The notes under the pieces are model-generated. The model was given only the letters and a program-made list of their open reading frames with translations, searched no databases and was not told where the DNA came from. From positions 1 through 11,922 of the forward strand of contig JBGQEL010000129.1 of NCBI GenBank assembly GCA_041496385.1: a stretch of 11,922 nt of DNA. The letters are read 5' to 3'. Shown in pieces: positions 7,529 through 11,922 of this stretch (within the stretch, counting starts at the first letter, position 1; every line of letters starts with the position of its first letter). Source of the stretch: Candidatus Methylomirabilia bacterium. GTDB taxonomy: Bacteria; Methylomirabilota; Methylomirabilia; Rokubacteriales; CSP1-6. Made by a program: the position numbers and the translations under genes.

Positions 7529-7918
7529 GTGGAGCGATTCCTACTCATCTGCCTGGGCGGCGCGATCGGCACCGGGCTCCGGTATCTCACGTCGATCTTC
7601 GCCGCCCGGTGGTTCGGGGCCGAGTTCCCCTATGGCACGCTGATCGTGAACCTGAGCGGCGCGTTCGTCATCGGCCTCGTCCAGCAGATCGGCACACAGT
7701 CGCTGCTCATCCCCGACAACGTGCGCCTGTTCCTCACCACGGGAATGATGGGCGGCCTCACGACGTACTCGACGTTCAGCTACGAGACCGTGCGCCTCAT
7801 GGAGGTCAACGCCTGGCACCAGGCCTGGATCAACATCGTCGTGACGACCACGATCTGCCTCAGCCTCTGCTTCCTCGGCATCGGCGTCGGCAGACTCCTC
7901 CTCTCGCTCCGGGGGTAG
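7529..7918 (+). CDS. crcB: Fluoride efflux channel Fluc/CrcB, 129 aa
   Basis: SD AAGGAGG 7512-7518 and GTG start. Motifs GGAIGTGLRY, FPYGTLIVN and GMMGGLTTYSTFSYE; four TM segments; downstream of the fluoride riboswitch. Confidence 0.96.
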   Translation: MERFLLICLGGAIGTGLRYLTSIFAARWFGAEFPYGTLIVNLSGAFVIGLVQQIGTQSLLIPDNVRLFLTTGMMGGLTTYSTFSYETVRLMEVNAWHQAWINIVVTTTICLSLCFLGIGVGRLLLSLRG

Positions 7919-7920
7919 CC

Positions 7921-8259
7921 ATGCGAAGGATCGAAGGCGAGCAGGTGCTGATGCGGATCTTCATCGGCGAGTCGGATCGCTGGGAGCGGCGCCCGCTCTA
8001 CATGGCGCTGCTCGAGCTGTTCCGCGCGAAGGGGCTGGCGGGCGCGACCGTGCTGAGGGGCGTCGCGGGCTTCGGGCCCGACTCGATCATCCACCAGGCG
8101 AGCTTCCTTCGTCTTTCGGCCGACCTGCCACTCGTCATCGAGCTGGTCGACACGCAGGAGCATCTCGACGGCGTGCTGCCGGAGGTGGATCGGATGATGG
8201 CTGGCGGCCTCATCACGATGGAGAAGGTCCGCGTGGCTCGCTACGAGCGCGGGACCTGA
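7921..8259 (+). CDS. DUF190 / UPF0166 PII-like protein, copy 1 (112 aa)
   Basis: ATG 2 nt after the crcB stop. MRIFIGESD...PLY...GLAGATVLRGVAGFG...H...LRLSADLPLVIELVD is the DUF190 pattern commonly found next to crcB. Confidence 0.92.
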   Translation: MRRIEGEQVLMRIFIGESDRWERRPLYMALLELFRAKGLAGATVLRGVAGFGPDSIIHQASFLRLSADLPLVIELVDTQEHLDGVLPEVDRMMAGGLITMEKVRVARYERGT

Positions 8260-8261
8260 GG

Positions 8262-8612
8262 TCAGGACGGCGACTCCTGGCTCCTGGCGTAGCGGATGAC
8301 GCGGGCGCGCTCCGTCATGATCACACCGCCCGCCATCAGCGCTTCCAGCTTCGGCAGGACGCGGTCGATCCGCTCCGGGGTGTCCACCACCTCGACGACG
8401 ACCGGCAGGCCCTCGGCCACTACCTCGATGGCGGCCGTGTGCATGCGCCGGTCGTGGCCGAAGCCCGCGATGCCCTTCAGCACGGTGGCGCCGGCGAATC
8501 CCTCGCCGCGCAGGATCTCGACGATCTTTCGATAGAGCGGCTTGCCGTCGTGGGTCCGCGACTCGCTGACGATCATCCGCAGCAGGACCTGCTCGCCCTC
8601 GATGCCGCGCAT
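8262..8612 (-). CDS. DUF190 / UPF0166 PII-like protein, copy 2 (116 aa)
   Basis: ATG 8612 preceded by SD-like GAGAGGTG. MRGIEGEQVLLRMIVSES...PLY...GFAGATVLKGIAGFG...LPVVVEVVD. By my ungapped hand alignment, 55 of 112 residues are identical to copy 1. Confidence 0.9.
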   Translation of the reverse strand: MRGIEGEQVLLRMIVSESRTHDGKPLYRKIVEILRGEGFAGATVLKGIAGFGHDRRMHTAAIEVVAEGLPVVVEVVDTPERIDRVLPKLEALMAGGVIMTERARVIRYARSQESPS

Positions 8613-8614
8613 CG

Positions 8615-8806
8615 TCACCTCTCCCAGTAGCGCGCCTTGCTCGGAAGGATCCAGCGGGTCCCGCCGCGCGGGTCGTCGACGTCGCCAGCATAGCGCGGGA
8701 TCAGGTGGATGTGCACGTGGCCGACCGTCTGGCGATCGCGCTCGAGGTTCACGAGTTGCCACATCGCCGCCTGCTCGTCCGGCGTTAGGGCGAAGTAGAG
8801 CTCGTC
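8615..8806 (-). pseudogene. Truncated HIT-family nucleotide hydrolase remnant
   Basis: The frame reads YFALTPDEQAAMWQLVNLERDR-QTVGHVHIHLIPRYAGDVDDPRGGTRWILPSKARYWER*, with the HxHxH triad at 8719-8705. The HIT N-terminus (CxFC...PVxPGH) is absent, and so is the usual N-x-G-x-N-x-G-x-x-A-G stretch before QTV. Confidence 0.8.
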
Positions 8807-9935
8807 ACGCCTTGAGCCATCTCCGGTCGAACGCATGCCACAGGACCAGCCCCGCGAGGTACCCCACGCCCATGTTCCAGATCGAGACGCCGGCCGTGAG
8901 GAGCATGACGTAGCGGTCTTCCTTGTCGAAGTTGTTCCCGTGCGCGCTCGCCGCAAGCTCCAGGCCTCCGAACAGCAGGATGACTCCAAGGAGAGATCGC
9001 GGGAAGAGCTTGAAAAGCGTGGCGACCGAGTCCGCGAGGAAGAGACCCGTGAACAGGACGAGGCTTCCGAGGATGACCAGCGCTCCACCAGTTCGGGCGC
9101 CGAATCGAATGTGGCCCGCCATCCCGCCGGCGCCGTGACACATCGGAACGCCCCCGAGGCTCGTACCGACGAGATTCATGATCCCGTGATCGATCGCCAC
9201 CGCGCGGACCGTTGTCGGACGGTCAGGAAACAGAGCGTTATTCTCCTCGACCGTGGCCACGATCGCATTCCCCAAGGTCAATGCCGCCTGCGGCAGCCCC
9301 AAGATCAGTACGCCTGTAACGATGTCCTCCCATCCGAGGCTCGTGAGAGCAAAGCGGGGCAGCCGGAACCGAAGTGAGAGCCGGCGCACTTCGTCGAGGA
9401 GAATCGGTTCCCGAATGATTGCCACGGTAGCGCCAAACGCCAGGAGAACGAGCATCGCCGGAATCCGCTTCCGTGAGAGAAGCACGAATGTCAGGGTGAC
9501 CGCGATCGTCGCCAGCGCGTAGTCTCCCTCCATCATCTTGACGCCTTCGAGAATGAACGCGAGCCCCAAGCCGAGCACGAGGCCCTGCACGATCGGCCGG
9601 CTGGTGATTCGGGCGATCCAGCTCACGGCCCCGGTGAGCCCCATCGCGAGCCAGAGGATGCCCGTGAAGAGCCCGGAGGCCCAGATCGCGCCCGCGCCGA
9701 TAGCACCGGCGTGACTGATCGCGGCGGTCCCGATCGCCTTCATGGGCTGGATCGGCACAGGCGTCTTGAAATAGAGGCCGGCGCTGATCTTGAAGAGCCC
9801 GAAGGCCACGAGGACGCCGACCGGGTCCATGTTGCCGATCGTCAGATAGCCGACCACGAACGGAATGAAGGTTCCGAGATCGCCGAATGCACCGGCAGCC
9901 TCGTGCAGATTGTATTCGTTCCCGCGGATCTTCAC
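8805..9935 (-). CDS. Putative sulfate/molybdate transporter (MOT1-like), 376 aa
   Basis: GTG start. Motifs GAFGDLGTFIP, PVPIQPMKAI, LPQAALTLGN and GGVPMCHGAGGMAGHIRFGARTGG are characteristic of the MOT1 family. Multiple TM segments. Confidence 0.9.
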   Translation of the reverse strand: MKIRGNEYNLHEAAGAFGDLGTFIPFVVGYLTIGNMDPVGVLVAFGLFKISAGLYFKTPVPIQPMKAIGTAAISHAGAIGAGAIWASGLFTGILWLAMGLTGAVSWIARITSRPIVQGLVLGLGLAFILEGVKMMEGDYALATIAVTLTFVLLSRKRIPAMLVLLAFGATVAIIREPILLDEVRRLSLRFRLPRFALTSLGWEDIVTGVLILGLPQAALTLGNAIVATVEENNALFPDRPTTVRAVAIDHGIMNLVGTSLGGVPMCHGAGGMAGHIRFGARTGGALVILGSLVLFTGLFLADSVATLFKLFPRSLLGVILLFGGLELAASAHGNNFDKEDRYVMLLTAGVSIWNMGVGYLAGLVLWHAFDRRWLKA

Positions 9936-9966
9936 GGTCGGTTCGATCCCGTCGAGGTGCTAGTAG

Positions 9967-9984
9967 TATGCTTGCCGAAGCATA
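9967..9984. promoter_or_regulatory. Perfect inverted repeat TATGCTT-N4-AAGCATA, putative repressor operator for the MOT1-like unit
   Basis: Read directly from the sequence. It sits in an AT-rich patch just downstream (on the - strand) of TTGCAT (9991-9986) and overlaps -10-like CATACT/TACTAC (9970-9963). Confidence 0.65.
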
Positions 9985-10042
9985 AATGCAAGCGAAAAGA
10001 CCCTTGTCCGTGCGGAAGCGAGCGCGTGTCAACGTCTCCCTC

Positions 10043-10073
10043 TTGCATCCGCCGATGTCGACGTCCATAGTCT
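10043..10073 (+). promoter_or_regulatory. Putative promoter of the Crp/Fnr gene
   Basis: TTGCAT 10043-10048, 17 nt, CATAGT 10066-10071. The overlapping alternative TAGTCT 10068-10073 lies 8 nt before ATG 10082. Confidence 0.45.
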
Positions 10074-10081
10074 GCCGCGGC

Positions 10082-10789
10082 ATGATCACAGGGCCTCGAA
10101 GCACCAGCGCCGCCGTGCCGCTCCTGACCCGCGTGTCATACCTCGCGTCGCTTCCGATGGCGGACATCCGGCGCCTGGCGGCCCGGTGCAAGGTGCGCAC
10201 GCTGCGCTCCGGGGGGCTCCTCTTCGAGGAGGGCCAGCCGTGCCACGGGCTCTTCATCATCGCCGAGGGCTCGGTCGAGGTCCGCCAGACGTCGCTCCGC
10301 GGCCGCGAGCAGGTGTTCCACTCGGAAGGCCCCGGCGCCACGCTGGGCGAGGCACCGTTGTTCGATGGAGGCGGCTACATCGCCTCGGCGGTCGCGCTCG
10401 AGCCGACCCGCGCTCTGCTCCTGCCACGCGCCGATCTCCTCGACCTCTGCAGGCGCCGTCCGCAGGTCGCCCTCTCGATGCTCGAAGCCCTGGCGCGACG
10501 GCTGCGCGGCTTCGCCGCCCTCGTGAGCGACCTCGCATTCCTCCCGGTTCCCGAGCGTCTCGCCCGCCACCTCGAGGCTGCTGCAGGGCACGGACCGATC
10601 GCTCCCGGCACGGTGATCGACCTCGGGCTGACGCAGACGCAGCTCGCGGCGAGGCTCGGCACGGTGCGCGAGCTCGTCGCGCGGGCGTTCGCGCAGCTCG
10701 AGGCGGGTGGCGTGATCGCGCGGAAGCGCAGGCGCGTCGTCATCTGCGACCCGGCGCGGCTCGCCGCTCTGGCGCGCGGCGAGCCATGA
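10082..10789 (+). CDS. Crp/Fnr-family transcriptional regulator (about 235 aa)
   Basis: cNMP-binding-fold motifs LFEEGQPCHGLFIIAEGSV and GPGATLGEAPLF. HTH LTQTQLAARLGTVRELVARAFAQLEAGGVI. Start is uncertain; ATG 10082 is preferred over 9986 and 10055. Confidence 0.92.
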   Translation: MITGPRSTSAAVPLLTRVSYLASLPMADIRRLAARCKVRTLRSGGLLFEEGQPCHGLFIIAEGSVEVRQTSLRGREQVFHSEGPGATLGEAPLFDGGGYIASAVALEPTRALLLPRADLLDLCRRRPQVALSMLEALARRLRGFAALVSDLAFLPVPERLARHLEAAAGHGPIAPGTVIDLGLTQTQLAARLGTVRELVARAFAQLEAGGVIARKRRRVVICDPARLAALARGEP

Positions 10790-10804
10790 ATCGCCTGGTG
10801 CCGG

Positions 10805-10820
10805 TGTGACTTAGGTCATA
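10805..10820 (+). promoter_or_regulatory. CRP-type box TGTGA-CTTAGG-TCATA, class II activator position
   Basis: 9/10 match to TGTGA-N6-TCACA. The -10-like CATACT at 10843-10848 gives a TSS near 10855, centring the box near -42. There is no good -35. Confidence 0.8.
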
Positions 10821-10882
10821 GACCGCGCGCCGGGGCGCACCCCATACTGACGTCACCGAAGTCAGCTATGGAGGAGCGAGCC

Positions 10883-11527
10883 ATGTCAAGAGTCGTGGTT
10901 GCGATCATGCTGGGGTTCGTGCTGGGAGCGGCGCTCCTAGTGCACACCGTGTCCGCCCAGAACCCACCGCAGTCCCCGTCCAAGCCCGGTGGGTCGATGC
11001 CGGCGGCACCGGAGTCGATGCACCGGATGCACGAGATGCACCACGGAGGCGCCGCGGCCGGCGCGCCCGCCATGCCGGGTCAGGACGCGTTCGGCGCGAT
11101 CGCCGAGATCGTGCGGCTACTCGACGCCGATCCGAAGACGGACTGGAGCAAGGTGAACCTCGAGCGCCTCCGGCAGCACCTCATCGACATGAACGAGGTC
11201 GTGCTGCACGCGCGGGTCGTGCAGTCGGAAATCCCGGACGGGCTCGCGATGGACGTCACCGGCACCGGCCGGACCGAGCAGGCGATCCGCGCGATGGTCG
11301 TGCCCCACGCTGCTGAGCTCGACCGGATGCCCGCGTATGGGGCGAAGACCGAGTCGATTCCGTCCGGCGTGCGGCTGACTGTCACAGCGAAAAACGCGGG
11401 GGACGCGAAGGCGGTGGCGCGGCTCCGCGCCCTCGGCTTCATCGGCCTCTTGACCGAGGGCGGGCACCACGGGCCGCATCACCTCGCGATGGCGAAGGGC
11501 GAAGCGATCCCGGGTCACAGTCACTGA
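10883..11527 (+). CDS. Secreted His/Met-rich hypothetical protein (214 aa), possible metal-binding
   Basis: SD GGAGGAG 10870-10876. Signal peptide ending VSA|Q. MHRMHEMHH, core PGQDAFGAIAEIV...DPKTDWSKVNLERLRQHLIDMN, and C-terminal GGHHGPHHLAMAKG...HSH. Confidence 0.85.
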   Translation: MSRVVVAIMLGFVLGAALLVHTVSAQNPPQSPSKPGGSMPAAPESMHRMHEMHHGGAAAGAPAMPGQDAFGAIAEIVRLLDADPKTDWSKVNLERLRQHLIDMNEVVLHARVVQSEIPDGLAMDVTGTGRTEQAIRAMVVPHAAELDRMPAYGAKTESIPSGVRLTVTAKNAGDAKAVARLRALGFIGLLTEGGHHGPHHLAMAKGEAIPGHSH

Positions 11528-11550
11528 GACCGTCGTAGAGGAGACGCGGC

Positions 11551-11922
11551 ATGCGAACCGGACGCAGATGGGGACTCGGTATCACTGGACTCACCGCCGT
11601 GGCGCTGCTGGGCGGCCTGGGCCTGAACGAGGGCTGGGCGCAGCACGGCATGCAGCGGCCGGGCGCGGGCGGAGCGCCCGCCCACATCCTCGCACAATCG
11701 TGCGCGACCGCTTTCGAGAAGAACATCGGCGAGGGGCGCGGCTTCGGCTTGGCGTTCGTCGCCGATCAGCAAGGCTATCCCGGTCCGCTCCACGTGCTCG
11801 AGCTGAAGGACCGCCTCAAGCTCACGCCGGAGCAGGAGACCAGGACGCAGGCCCTGCTGACCGCGATGTTCGCCGAGTCGCGGCCAAAGAGCGAGCGGCT
11901 GCTCGAGGCCGAGCGCAAGCTC
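11551..11922 (+). CDS. Secreted Spy/CpxP-like (LTxxQ motif) periplasmic protein, partial
   Basis: Not in the ORF track. SD GAGGAG 11538-11543 and ATG 11551, open to the window end: MRTGRRWGLGITGLTAVALLGGLGLNEGWA|QHGMQ...GRGFGLAFVADQQGYPGPLHVLELKDRLKLTPEQETRTQALL.... It has a signal peptide and an LTPEQ motif. Confidence 0.75.
   Translation, partial: MRTGRRWGLGITGLTAVALLGGLGLNEGWAQHGMQRPGAGGAPAHILAQSCATAFEKNIGEGRGFGLAFVADQQGYPGPLHVLELKDRLKLTPEQETRTQALLTAMFAESRPKSERLLEAERKL

Noticed and set aside
7609..7920. 216-aa extended version of DUF190 copy 1
   Set aside because: The extension is an alternative frame of crcB. The paralog alignment starts exactly at ATG 7921.
8615..9088. 157-aa ORF as a full-length HIT gene
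   Set aside because: The first ~94 codons are a Ser/Arg-rich off-frame reading of the MOT1-like gene. Only 8615-8800 is HIT-like.
10027..10032. Perfect TTGACA on the - strand
   Set aside because: No -10-like hexamer 16-18 nt downstream (GGACAA).
10847..10865. TGACGTCA palindrome and CTGAC-N9-GTCAG dyad near the predicted TSS
   Set aside because: Too short to distinguish from chance, and no cognate regulator is evident.
1..11922. CRISPR arrays, tRNA/rRNA, IS elements, integrases
   Set aside because: I saw no regularly spaced repeats, cloverleaf structures, transposase motifs or terminal inverted repeats.

Overview
High-GC bacterial DNA. The gene content resembles Ca. Rokubacteria or similar soil lineages, but that is inference only. 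Left part: a partial secreted trypsin-like serine protease (-), a cupin protein (+), and a 1074-aa zinc-ribbon/class III nucleotidyl cyclase/AAA(STAND)/TPR protein (-), divergent from an MFS transporter (+). Centre: a clear fluoride (crcB) riboswitch with an overlapping intrinsic terminator, upstream of cation:proton antiporter - USP - Fluc/CrcB - DUF190. This operon meets, tail-to-tail with a 2-nt gap, an opposite-strand unit: MOT1-like sulfate/molybdate transporter - decayed HIT hydrolase remnant - second DUF190. That unit is headed by a perfect 7-4-7 palindrome. Right part: a Crp/Fnr regulator, a class II-positioned TGTGA-N6-TCATA box, then a His/Met-rich secreted protein and a partial Spy/CpxP-like (LTxxQ) protein. 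Main leads: (i) two anion-transport units, each carrying its own PII-like DUF190 paralog; (ii) a cyclase with an unusual Glu/Lys base-specificity pair; (iii) a Crp-activated periplasmic metal/stress module of unknown function; (iv) five genes with apparently leaderless promoters.
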